A stretch of DNA of 64,000 bases from Thermomicrobiales bacterium (GCA_039809985.1 JBDHWC010000004.1:1405-65404); one strand, 5' to 3'. Positions 40,378 to 49,447 are shown, counted from the first letter of the stretch. Program-made: numbers and translations. The notes: generated from the letters alone by a model not told the origin.

Positions 40378-41334
40378 ATGCCGCTGCTGCTTGACGCGCT
40401 GTTCGCGGTGGTCATCCTGCTCTTCGTGCCGTTCGGCATCCGGCGCGGCGTGGCGCGCGAGGCGTTCGTCTCGGCCGCCCTGCTGCTGTCGGGACTGGTC
40501 GCCAACGCCTGGGGACCGGCGTGGGGCGACTGGATCGCGGCAGCGGTCGGGGTCGATGCCAACCTCGCCCGGTTCGTCGTCACCATGCTGATCCTGCTGG
40601 TCGGCTTGCTCGTCCTCGGTTGGGGCTCGGGCGGGCTGGTGCCGCGCGCGCCGATGGGCCTCGCCTCGCGGCTGGTGGGCGGACTGCTGGCGGCGTTCAA
40701 CGCGGCCTACCTGCTGTCGCTGGTGCTCGCGGCCTACGAGCGCGACCTCGGGTCCGGCGCGGAGGTGTCGGGCACGGTGATCGGCGGCGAGCTGCTGCGC
40801 GACCTGAACCGGCTGCTGTTGGCGGCGGCGGCGGTGCTGCTCGTCTGCGGCCTCTTCGGCTGGCTGGTCCGCGGCCGGTCCGACGTTGGCGGCCCGGTGA
40901 TGATCGGCGGCCCCGCCCCCGTCCGACCCGTCGGCGACACCTACGGCTACGAGACCGCGAAGCAGGAGCCGGTCGCCTCTGGCGTCGCTGCCCCGCGACT
41001 GGCCGAGACCGCCCCGCTGCCGTCGGCGCGGCCCAGCGAGGAGGCGGACGGGGCATGGTGGCGGCCGCCGTCCCCCGGTCCACCGTCGAACGGCCATGCC
41101 GTCGACACCGGTCCGGTCGACACCCACGGCGTCGCACCGGGCGGCGGCTCGAGTTGGCAGCAGTGGCGCGACCAAGCCTACGGCAAGACGGTCGAACTGC
41201 CGAGCAGCGAGGGCGGTCGCCGGTTCGGCGGCGCGCCGACCGCCGGCGCGGACGACCGGGAGCGGTGCCCAACCTGCGGGGCGCGGGTTTCCCCGGGCGA
41301 CCTGTTCTGCCCGTCGTGCGGCAAGACGCTCTGA
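40378..41334 (+). CDS. CvpA-family membrane protein with a C-terminal zinc ribbon
   Basis: The N-terminus 'MPLLLDALFAVVILLFVPFGIRRG' and four TM segments fit CvpA. A disordered linker follows, then 'CPTCGARVSPGDLFCPSCG'. The track start GTG 40357 is also possible. Confidence 0.7.
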   Translation: MPLLLDALFAVVILLFVPFGIRRGVAREAFVSAALLLSGLVANAWGPAWGDWIAAAVGVDANLARFVVTMLILLVGLLVLGWGSGGLVPRAPMGLASRLVGGLLAAFNAAYLLSLVLAAYERDLGSGAEVSGTVIGGELLRDLNRLLLAAAAVLLVCGLFGWLVRGRSDVGGPVMIGGPAPVRPVGDTYGYETAKQEPVASGVAAPRLAETAPLPSARPSEEADGAWWRPPSPGPPSNGHAVDTGPVDTHGVAPGGGSSWQQWRDQAYGKTVELPSSEGGRRFGGAPTAGADDRERCPTCGARVSPGDLFCPSCGKTL

Positions 41335-41455
41335 GGCGCGACAGGTCTCGGTCTGCGTGCCATCCGCCCGCCCGGCGTGGGCCGCGTTGAACCCGCCGAG
41401 CCTGCGTTGTGACCACGTTGCACCCAGCGGGATAGCGGACAGCGGTAGGTATCTG

Positions 41456-41895
41456 CTCGATAGCGGTCTTCGCATCTCGCGGCCGGACCCGCCGGAGACG
41501 CCCTCACCCCCCAGCCCCCTCTCCCGCGGCGGCGGGAGAGGGGGAGAAAGAGGCTCAGGGGAGGGCCAAGCCCTCCCCCGAACCCCCGGATTGCCGCGGC
41601 GCGGCCGCTTATCGGTCGCCTTTCCAACGGAGACCTCCCCCGGTCAGGCGGCGGCGGGAGAGGGGGAGATGCAGGCTCAGGGGAGGGCCAAGCGCTCTCC
41701 CGGACCCCCGGATTGCCGCGGCGCGGCGGCTTCCCGATGGAGACCTACCCTTGTCAGCCGCGGCGGCGGGAGAGGGGAGCAACTGGATCGTGGGAGGGCC
41801 AAGCCCTCCCCCGAATCCCCCAATTGCCGTGGCGCGGCCGCTTTCCAGCCTCATACCAACGGAGACCTGCTCCTGTCAGGGCGGGTGGAGGGCCG
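41456..41895. repeat. Leader segment plus three tandem ~111-122-nt structured GC-rich repeat units
   Basis: The core GGGAGGGCCAAG recurs at 41559, 41681 and 41792. Each unit carries hairpins, for example CCCTCTCCCGC-GGCG-GCGGGAGAGGG (41517-41542) and GGGGAGGGC-CAA-GCCCTCCCC (41558-41578), plus the box GGATTGCCGCGGCGCGGC. Confidence 0.75.
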
Positions 41896-41993
41896 GCCGT
41901 GCGCCCGGGCCAGGTCGGCTGCCCATACAATGGCCTCGTGACGAACGTGGCGGGTTCGGCGTGCATGCCGTCCGCCGTCAGGAGGACCAACCC

Positions 41994-43229
41994 GTGGCTC
42001 AGACCGTCCCCGCCGTTGACTTGGAAGGTGCCCGCGCCGCCGCGCTCGCCGCGCTCGACGCTTCGGCTGACAGTCTCGTCCGGCTGTCGAAGTACATCCA
42101 CAGCAACCCGGAGATCGCGCTCGAGGAGGTGAAGGCGAGCGCCGCCTGCGCCGAGTTCCTCGACGAGCGCGGGTTCGCGGTCGAGCGGGGCGTGGCTGAC
42201 CTGCCGACTGCCTTCTCGGCCAAGGTCGGCCAGACCGGACCGACCATCGGCTTCCTCTCGGAGTACGACGCGCTGCCCGGGCTCGGGCACGGCTGCGGCC
42301 ACAATCTGATCGCGATCGCCGGCGTCGGTGCGGGCATCGGGCTGTCGGCTGCCTTGCCGTACCTCGGCACCGGACGGGTCGCGGTCTTCGGCACGCCCGC
42401 CGAAGAGGCGGTCGGCGGCAAGATCATCATGGCCGACGCCGGGGTGTTCGAGGGCGTCGACGCGGCGCTCGGGGCCCACCCGGGAACCAGCGAGGCGGTC
42501 TGCCCGACCGTGGAGGGGAGCGGCCAGTCGCTGGCGTGCCGGCTGGTCCGGATTGCCTTCCACGGACAGGCGGCGCACGCCGCGGCCGACCCGCACAACG
42601 GCCGCAACGCACTCAACGCCGTGATCGAGACCTTCAACGGGATCAACGCGCTGCGCCAGCACGTCCGGACCGACGTCCGCATCCACGGCATCATCACGCA
42701 CGGCGGCGACGTGCCGAACGTCGTGCCCGCCTTCGCCCAGGCGGAGTTCTTCGTCCGCGGCGCGACGCTTGCCTCGATGGACGAGGTGACCGAGAAGGTG
42801 CGCAAGGTCGCCGAGGGCGCGGCCCTGATGACGGGATGCGAACTCGACTTCCAGATGCCGGAGCCGGCCAACGCCGACATGATCACCAACCACGCGGTGG
42901 CGCGCCGCCTGAAGCAGCACCTCGACCGCGTCGGCCTGCGGATGAACGAAGCCAAGCCGGAACCGGCCAACGGCTCGACCGACTGGGCGAACGTCAGCTA
43001 CGTCGTGCCGTCGGTCGAGACCAGCTACCCGATCCTCGACCGGGTCTGCACGTGGCACTCGCCCGACGTGGTCGCGGCCTCCGACTCGGAGCTCGGCTAC
43101 GGCAACACGCTGCTGGTGGCGAAGGCGATGGCGCTGACCGGAATCGACCTGATCGCCGACCCGGTCTTCCTGGCCGACGTCAAGGCCGAGTTCGAGCGGT
43201 CGCGGGCGGTCCGGCAGGCAACCAAGTAG
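41994..43229 (+). CDS. M20D-family amidohydrolase (AbgB / aminoacylase-like)
   Basis: The GTG at 41994 lies 8 nt after AGGAGG. The upstream part of the track ORF lies in the repeat array. Motifs seen are 'FLSEYDALPGLGHGCGHNLIA' and 'FGTPAEE'. Confidence 0.8.
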   Translation: MAQTVPAVDLEGARAAALAALDASADSLVRLSKYIHSNPEIALEEVKASAACAEFLDERGFAVERGVADLPTAFSAKVGQTGPTIGFLSEYDALPGLGHGCGHNLIAIAGVGAGIGLSAALPYLGTGRVAVFGTPAEEAVGGKIIMADAGVFEGVDAALGAHPGTSEAVCPTVEGSGQSLACRLVRIAFHGQAAHAAADPHNGRNALNAVIETFNGINALRQHVRTDVRIHGIITHGGDVPNVVPAFAQAEFFVRGATLASMDEVTEKVRKVAEGAALMTGCELDFQMPEPANADMITNHAVARRLKQHLDRVGLRMNEAKPEPANGSTDWANVSYVVPSVETSYPILDRVCTWHSPDVVAASDSELGYGNTLLVAKAMALTGIDLIADPVFLADVKAEFERSRAVRQATK

Positions 43230-43245
43230 GATCGGGCCGAGCCGG

Positions 43246-44094
43246 TCACGGCAGCGGCGTCGCGGCGGGCGGCGTCGCTGCCGGCGTCCCCTCGGGCACC
43301 AGCAGTCCCTCTCGCGGCGGCACGATGCCATGGTCGCCAAGGGCGATCGTTGCCGCCTCGCCGGGGAAGACGCGCCGCGCCCACGCGAGAGGGGGATCCG
43401 GCTCTGCGCGGACCTCGTCGCCGTCGACCGCGCCGGACGCCGCGACCAATCCGGCTGGGGCAAGTACGGCCACCGCCGCCAAGGGAGCGGCACCGGCCAC
43501 CACCAGGGCGTCGGCCCGCTGGGCCGGGAACGCGGTGGCGGCAGCGCCGTCGGAGAGGACGACGACCCGGTCGCCGTCGTGGGTGACCGTCACACGCCAG
43601 ATGTCGGTCCGCTTCGGGTCCGGCGCGCTCGACCACGGCTCCAGCGTGACGCCGACGCCGTTCGGCAACTGCATCTGCTGGGTTCGGGCCATCGCGGGCA
43701 CGTCGGCAAGGGGATCGCCGGTGGACGTCGGTCCCGGACTGACCAGCGTCCAGAAGGAGCGGACGTGGGGATTGCCGACGAGGGCTTGGGCGACGCGGCG
43801 GTTTGCGTCGGTCCCGACGTTGACGACGGCGTCGATCCGGCGGGCGGACCACGGCTGGACGCTGCTCAGGGCGTTGCCGAACGCGACCGGGTCGTCGCCG
43901 TCGGCGAGCAGGATGCGGGCCTCGCCGGCGAGGACGAGCACGGAGAGCGCGCTGCCGGACCCGAGCACGACCACGGCTGGCTTGGTCCAGTCGCGGCGTT
44001 GCAGGGCGGCTGCGGGTCCGAAGACGAGGACGGTCACCGCGAAGGCGGCGAGTGCGACCTTGAGCGTGCCCTGCCAGCCGGAGCCGGACGTCAT
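43246..44094 (-). CDS. Hypothetical membrane-anchored protein, translationally coupled to the PASTA kinase
   Basis: It has an N-terminal TM segment 'LKVALAAFAVTVLVFGPAA'. Its ATG overlaps the kinase stop as ATGA. 'VVVLGSGSALSVLVLAGEARILLADGDD' faintly resembles a degenerate MBL/ComEC-type fold that lacks the His motif. Confidence 0.55.
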   Translation of the reverse strand: MTSGSGWQGTLKVALAAFAVTVLVFGPAAALQRRDWTKPAVVVLGSGSALSVLVLAGEARILLADGDDPVAFGNALSSVQPWSARRIDAVVNVGTDANRRVAQALVGNPHVRSFWTLVSPGPTSTGDPLADVPAMARTQQMQLPNGVGVTLEPWSSAPDPKRTDIWRVTVTHDGDRVVVLSDGAAATAFPAQRADALVVAGAAPLAAVAVLAPAGLVAASGAVDGDEVRAEPDPPLAWARRVFPGEAATIALGDHGIVPPREGLLVPEGTPAATPPAATPLP

Positions 44095-45992
44095 CCGCCG
44101 TTGTCTTTGCGCTGGTCGTAGACGACCAGCGTCAGCCGGCTGTTGGGGTCGACCCAGTCGCCGAACTGGTGGTTCTGGATGCCGACGACGTCGCCGTCCT
44201 CGATCTTCTGGGCGTCGAGGTCGACGCCGCCCGCCTCGATGGTGGAGCGGCCGACGCCGTCGCTGCCGGTGACGCGGAACCCGGCTTGCTCCAGTTGCCG
44301 CTTGGCGCGGTCGCCGGCCATGCCGAACACGTCCGGCGGTATTTGGACCTTGTTGCCGACGCTGACTTGGAGCGTGACGGTCTGACCGGCGTTGGCGTGG
44401 TGCGCCGGGTCGACGGCGACGACCGAGCCCTTGGGCACATCCTTGCTGCCAATCTCCTGCCGCGCCACGTCGAGGCCGGCCTCGCGCAGGCGCACCTCGG
44501 CCCGGTCGGCCGGCACGCCGACCAGCTTCATCGTGTCGAGGTCAAACCCGGGGGGGCCGGAACTCGGCTGCACGGTGACGGTCGACCCGACGGCTGTCGG
44601 CGAGCCGGCGTCCGGCGTCTGGCGGGCGATCTGCCCGGCCGGCACCGCGTCGCTGGCGACCGGGTCGCCGACCTCGAGCCTCAGGCCGAGGGCGTCGAGC
44701 TGGGCGCGGGCGGCGTCGGGGGTCTGCCCGACCAGTTGCGGCATCGCCACCGGCGCGGGGGTCGGGCTCGACGCGGGCGTCGGCTCCGCGACGGGCGGAT
44801 CGACGACCGGCGCGATCGTGGGCGGCCCCCCGCTCCCCGGGTTTGCCACGTCGGCCGACGCGCTGCTGCCGTCGCCCGCGGCGGGCGTCTGGGCCGCGGC
44901 GACGACGCTCGGCGCGGCGACCGGGCCTGCACCGAAGCCGGGAATGCGCCGGGCGTTCTGGAAGCCGAACCAGATCAGCGCGGCGACGCCGAGCAGGAGG
45001 AGCAAGCCGACCCACCACGCCGACCCGCCCCGCCGCTGCTCGTCCGTGGGAGTTCGGGTCCGACCTTGGGTCGCGCCGCGCGTGTTGCCCGGCACCGTCG
45101 TTGTTCCCGGGGTGACCCACGGCGTGGTGCCGCGGCCGCCCGCGCTTTCGGGCGACCAGCCCGGCGGCAGGTAGCGACGCCAGTTGGTCATCGCCTGCGC
45201 CAGCGCGCCCGCGCTCGGGAAGCGCTGGGTCGGGTCCTTGGCGAGCGCCCGGAGGATGATCGCGTCGACCGCTGGCGGCACGGACGGCAGGAACGCGGAC
45301 GGGGGCGGCGGGTCCTCGTTGACGTGCCGCATGGCGACGCCGACCGGGGTGTCGGACTCGAACGGCAGGCGTCCGGTGAGCATCTCGAAGGCCAGCACCC
45401 CGGCCGAGTAGACGTCGGACGACGGGGTGGCCATCAGGCCGCTGGCTTGCTCGGGGGAGATGTAGTGGACCGTGCCGAGACCGGTGCCGGTGGCGGTCAG
45501 GTCGCTGTCGCCGAGCCCCTTGGCGATGCCGAAGTCGACGACCTTGGCGTGGCCGTCGGTATCGACCAGCACATTCTGCGGCTTGACGTCGCGGTGGACG
45601 TAGCCGCGCTCGTGGGCGAAGTCGAGGGCCGCGCCGAGCTGGCGGAGGAGGGCGGCGACGTCGTCCGGGTGGAAGGGGGCCTCGTCGTCGATGACCTGCT
45701 TCAGCGTCGGCCCCTCGACGTACTCCATGACGAACCACGGCGTGCCTTGGTCCTCGCCGACGTCGTAGATCTGGATGATGTTCGGGTGACGGAAACCGGC
45801 CGCCGCCCGGGCCTCCCGCTCGAAGCGAGCCCGGAAGCCGGGGTCGGCCGCGTACTGGGGGCGCAGCACCTTGACCGCCACCTCGCGGCCGAGCAGCAGG
45901 TCCTGACCACGATAGACGACGGCCATGCCGCCGTCGCCGACCCGCCGGTCGATCCGGTAGCGCCCGTTGAGTGTCGTGCCTTCGGCGATCAT
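44091..45992 (-). CDS. pknB: Ser/Thr protein kinase with extracellular PASTA repeats (PknB-like)
   Basis: Kinase motifs are 'VAVKVL', 'HRDVKPQNVL', 'DFGIA' and 'SPEQA'. A TM segment 'WWVGLLLLLGVAALIWFGF' is followed by C-terminal PASTA-like repeats. Confidence 0.93.
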   Translation of the reverse strand: MIAEGTTLNGRYRIDRRVGDGGMAVVYRGQDLLLGREVAVKVLRPQYAADPGFRARFEREARAAAGFRHPNIIQIYDVGEDQGTPWFVMEYVEGPTLKQVIDDEAPFHPDDVAALLRQLGAALDFAHERGYVHRDVKPQNVLVDTDGHAKVVDFGIAKGLGDSDLTATGTGLGTVHYISPEQASGLMATPSSDVYSAGVLAFEMLTGRLPFESDTPVGVAMRHVNEDPPPPSAFLPSVPPAVDAIILRALAKDPTQRFPSAGALAQAMTNWRRYLPPGWSPESAGGRGTTPWVTPGTTTVPGNTRGATQGRTRTPTDEQRRGGSAWWVGLLLLLGVAALIWFGFQNARRIPGFGAGPVAAPSVVAAAQTPAAGDGSSASADVANPGSGGPPTIAPVVDPPVAEPTPASSPTPAPVAMPQLVGQTPDAARAQLDALGLRLEVGDPVASDAVPAGQIARQTPDAGSPTAVGSTVTVQPSSGPPGFDLDTMKLVGVPADRAEVRLREAGLDVARQEIGSKDVPKGSVVAVDPAHHANAGQTVTLQVSVGNKVQIPPDVFGMAGDRAKRQLEQAGFRVTGSDGVGRSTIEAGGVDLDAQKIEDGDVVGIQNHQFGDWVDPNSRLTLVVYDQRKDNGG

Positions 45993-46064
45993 CGGCGGGT
46001 CGGGCGCCTCCGGGGCCGAGCCGTTCGCCGCTGCTCCGCGGTCGGTTGGCTGCCCCCTCGTGCG

Positions 46065-46985
46065 CTAAAGGTACGCGATCTCGATCTGCGGCGGATGGGG
46101 CAGTGGCCGGCAGACGAACACGTCAGCGGCGTCGCCACACGCGATCGTGATCCGAGTCGCGAGTCGCGCCGGCTTCTCCGGGTTCCTGAACAGGACGAAG
46201 AGCGCCGGTCCGGCCCCGGAAAGCGCCACGTTCGGCGCGCCGTGCGCGCGGAGGCGTTCCGGCCATGCGGCGAGGTCCGGGCGGAGCGCGGCGAGCGGTC
46301 GCGAGAACGCGTTGCCGAGCGCGTCGGGGTCGATCCTCCCGGTCGCGGCGAGTCGCTCGGCATGGTCGCGGACCCGCTGTCCGTCGCTGAAATCGCCCGC
46401 GTCCAGCCTTGAGAAGAGGGTCGCGGTCTTGCGCGGCAGGACCACCCGCGGCGCGACGACCACGAACCAGACGTCGCGCAGCGGCGGCAGCGGGGAGAGG
46501 GTCTCGCCGCGCCCCTCGGCCAGCGCCGTGCCGCCCCGCAGCAGGAACGGCACGTCGCTGCCGAGGCCGAGCGCGACCTCAGTGAGCGCGACGTCGTCCA
46601 GCGGCAGGCTCCAGAGGGCGGTTCCGAGCCGGAGCGCCGCCGCGGCGTCGCTGCTGGCCCCGCCGAGGCCCGCGGCGGTCGGGATGCGCTTGGTGATCGC
46701 GAGGTCCGCTCCCTCGCGCTCCGTGTCGGGTCGGATCGCGGCGAGGGCCCGAACGGCGAGGTTCTGGTCGTCGGCCAGCCCCGGCAGTCCGCACCGGATG
46801 CCCGGCACCGGGGACGGTCGCAGTCGCACGTCGTCCACGATGTCGACCGCTTGGAAGATGGTGACGAGGTCGTGGTAACCGTCGGGGCGGCGACCGACCA
46901 CCTCGAGCCCGAGGTTCAGCTTGGCCGGGGCGGCCACGCGGAGCGACGGCGCAACAGGTGGCCCGCTGGCCGATCGTCGATTCAC
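46065..46985 (-). CDS. ispE: 4-(cytidine 5'-diphospho)-2-C-methyl-D-erythritol kinase
   Basis: It carries 'APAKLNLGLEVVGRRPDGYH' and the GHMP motif 'IPTAAGLGGASSDAAA'. I prefer the GTG at 46985, which overlaps the rsmA stop as GTGA. GTG 46937 is the alternative. Confidence 0.85.
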   Translation of the reverse strand: MNRRSASGPPVAPSLRVAAPAKLNLGLEVVGRRPDGYHDLVTIFQAVDIVDDVRLRPSPVPGIRCGLPGLADDQNLAVRALAAIRPDTEREGADLAITKRIPTAAGLGGASSDAAAALRLGTALWSLPLDDVALTEVALGLGSDVPFLLRGGTALAEGRGETLSPLPPLRDVWFVVVAPRVVLPRKTATLFSRLDAGDFSDGQRVRDHAERLAATGRIDPDALGNAFSRPLAALRPDLAAWPERLRAHGAPNVALSGAGPALFVLFRNPEKPARLATRITIACGDAADVFVCRPLPHPPQIEIAYL

Positions 46986-47863
46986 AGGGCGACGGAGGCC
47001 GGGGCGGTCTCGGTCAGCCGCACCCACTCGTCGATGTCGAGCGTCTGCGCGCGGCGAGCCGGGTCGATGCCCGCGCCGGCGAGCCACGCGACCACCTCGT
47101 CCTTGGGCAGGCCGAGTTCGGCGGCGAGCGAGTTGGCGACCTGCTTCCGCTTCTGGCGGAACCCGGCGTTGACGACGCGGAAGAAGCGTTGCCGTTCCGC
47201 AGGCGGCAGCGGCGGCTCGGGCCGGACGTCGAGGATCGCGACCGCGGACTCGACCGTCGGCGGCGGGATGAAGACCGACGGGGCGACCCGGAACGCGATC
47301 CGCGGCACGGCGAAGAACTGGGTCGCGACCGACAGGACGCTCATCTGCGGCGGCCGGGCGCAGAGTCGCTCGGCCACCTCGAGTTGCAGCATGACCGTGA
47401 GCCGGCGCGGCGGTCGCGGCGACTCGAGCAGGTGGCGCAGCACGGCGGAGCCGACCGAGTAGGGGAGGTTCGCGGCGACGACATACGGTTCGTCCGGCGC
47501 GAGAAGGCTGGCGATGTCGATGTTGAGCGCGTCCCCCTCGACCACGGTCAGGCGCGGGTCGTCGCCGAACGTCCGGCGCAGGTGGGCGGCGAGCGTCGGG
47601 TCGAGTTCGATGGCGATCACCCGACCGGCCCGCGCCAGCAGTTCCGAGGTGAGGATGCCGAGGCCCGGGCCGACTTCCAGCACCGTGTCGACCGGACCGA
47701 TGCCGGCCTGCTTGACGAGCCTCTGGACGATGCCGCGCTCGTAGAGAAAATGCTGGCCGAGTCCCTTCGAGGGCCGAATGCCCAGTTCCTGCATCAGCGA
47801 CTGCCAGTCGCGGCGCGAGGCGGGGAGAAGCAGGGTCGGGTCGGCCGCCCGGGACTCGGTCAT
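46982..47863 (-). CDS. rsmA: 16S rRNA (adenine1518/1519-N6)-dimethyltransferase
   Basis: It carries 'LGQHFL', 'VLEVGPGLGILT', 'IELD' and 'VAANLPY'. The ATG at 47863 overlaps the selD stop as ATGA. The rest of the 656-aa track ORF is out of frame over selD. Confidence 0.92.
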   Translation of the reverse strand: MTESRAADPTLLLPASRRDWQSLMQELGIRPSKGLGQHFLYERGIVQRLVKQAGIGPVDTVLEVGPGLGILTSELLARAGRVIAIELDPTLAAHLRRTFGDDPRLTVVEGDALNIDIASLLAPDEPYVVAANLPYSVGSAVLRHLLESPRPPRRLTVMLQLEVAERLCARPPQMSVLSVATQFFAVPRIAFRVAPSVFIPPPTVESAVAILDVRPEPPLPPAERQRFFRVVNAGFRQKRKQVANSLAAELGLPKDEVVAWLAGAGIDPARRAQTLDIDEWVRLTETAPASVAL

Positions 47864-48924
47864 CGGGCCGCCGACTCGACCACCTCGACGCCGCGTCCGG
47901 GAACGGCCGACCCGATCTCCCAGACGGTGACGCTCCGTTCGGCGCAGGCGGCGAGGAAGGCGTCGGCGCGGTCCGGGTCGACGGCGAGCAGCAGCCCGCC
48001 CGACGTCTGGGGGTCGAAGAGCAGCGTCGCGACGACCGGGTCGACCCCGTCGGCCACGCGGACGCCGGGATCGCCGCCGACGAAGTGGACGCGGTTGCGG
48101 CCGAGGCCGCCGGCGACGTTCCCCTGCTCGGCGTAGGCGCGCGCTCCCGGCAGCAGCGGCACTCGCGAGGCCTCGATGCGAAGGGCAGCGTCGCCGCGTG
48201 CCGCCATCTCGGAAGCGTGCCCGAGCAGGCCGAAGCCGGTGATGTCGGTGCAGGCGTGGACGCCGTCCGTCGCCAAGGCGGCGCGCGAGGCGTCGCGGTT
48301 CAGCGTGAGCATCGCGTCGACGGCGGCTCGGACGTCGGCCGGGTCGGCATTGCCTCGCTTGAGGGCGGTGGCGACGACGCCCGTGCCAATCGGCTTGGTC
48401 AGGAACAGCCGGTCGCCGGCGCGCGCGCCGCCCTTGGTCAGGATCCGCTCGGGGTCGATGGTGCCGGTGACGGCGAGGCCGAACTTCGGCTCGGCGTCGG
48501 TCACGGTGTGGCCGCCGCCGACCACCGCGCCCGCCTCCGCCACCTTGTCGGCCGCGCCCTGGAAAATGGCGGTGACCATGGCGGGCGGCAGCGAGTCGGG
48601 AAAGCCGGCGACGTTGAGGGCGAGCAGCACCTCGCCGCCCATCGCGTAGACGTCGCTCATGCTGTTGGCGGCGGCGATCGCGCCGTAGGTCCACGGGTCG
48701 TCGACGATCGGCGTGAAGAAGTCGACCGTCTGCACGATCGCGAGGTCGTCGCGCAGGCGATAGACCGCCGCGTCGTCGGACGTTTGCAGGCCGACGACGA
48801 GGTTGGCGTTGGTCGGGAGCGTCAGCGGGCGCAGCACCTGCGCCAAGGCCGCCGGGCCGAGCTTGGCCGCTCAGCCGGCGCAGCTGGCGAGGGTGGTGAG
48901 CCGAATCTCGTCTCGGGTCTGCAT
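47860..48924 (-). CDS. selD: Selenide, water dikinase (selenophosphate synthetase) with an in-frame UGA (Sec) at codon 18
   Basis: The track ORF (47860-48846) lacks the catalytic N-terminus. Extending in frame gives 'MQTRDEIRLTTLASCAG-U-AAKLGPAAL' from ATG 48924. The TGA (48871-48873) aligns with Cys17 of E. coli SelD ('IRLTQYSHGAGCGCKISP'), and the Lys is conserved. The body carries 'DDAAVY', 'VDFFTP' and 'AANSMSDVYAMGG'. Confidence 0.85.
48842..48873 (-). promoter_or_regulatory. UGA plus a downstream hairpin (candidate SECIS) in selD
   Basis: The mRNA reads UGA-GCG-GCCAAG-CUCGGCCCGGCGGC-CUUGGC. A 6-bp stem GCCAAG/CUUGGC starts 3 nt after the UGA, and a G-rich apical region could pair further. 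I folded it by eye. Confidence 0.4.
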
Positions 48925-49006
48925 CGGGCGTCCTGTCGTCGAACGGGCGCACGGGCTGCGCCGCCGGATCGGATGATAGACCGCCGCCGGGTCGGGCGGC
49001 GGCCGT

Positions 49007-49447
49007 TCAGCCGCCGAGCGCCGCCTCGATCTCCGCGGCGTGGTGGTCGCGATGTTCCGAGCGGTCGAGCAGATGCTCCTCGCCCCGGTCGCGGACCAAC
49101 GCGACTGAGCCGTCGGGGAGGGCGGCGGTGCGGGCGTCGGCGGCGGCCATCGAACGGAGGGCGAGGTCGGCAGCGACCCGCGGCGGGATCGCGGCGAGGT
49201 AGGGCGCGAGGCTGTCGTTCACCAAGTCGTCGAGGTCGTCCGGGACCGAGACGAGCACGCCGTCGCGGTCGTGGCGGTCCCAGCGCACGAGGAGGCTCTG
49301 GTCCCAGAAGCCGATGTGGGCAAGCGTCGCCGCGACCGTCCAGCCGCCCGGCAGCACGATGCCCAATGTCGCGTCGTCGGCGCGCTCGACGATGCGCCGC
49401 AGGCGTTCGAGGCTTTCCCGGTTGCGCTCGTCGTGGGCGCGTGACAC
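49007..49447 (-). CDS. DinB-family (DinB_2-like) protein
   Basis: The GTG at 49447 follows GGAGGGAG. It carries 'WTVAATLAHIGFWD' and a C-terminal 'HRDHHAAEIE', giving the His triad of the four-helix DinB fold. Confidence 0.7.
   Translation of the reverse strand: MSRAHDERNRESLERLRRIVERADDATLGIVLPGGWTVAATLAHIGFWDQSLLVRWDRHDRDGVLVSVPDDLDDLVNDSLAPYLAAIPPRVAADLALRSMAAADARTAALPDGSVALVRDRGEEHLLDRSEHRDHHAAEIEAALGG

Noticed and set aside
41456-41895. Possible CRISPR array, because of the regularly spaced repeats.
   Set aside because: The units are ~111-122 nt and directly abut each other with no unique spacers. There is no 24-48-nt repeat with similar-sized spacers, and there are no cas genes in the window.
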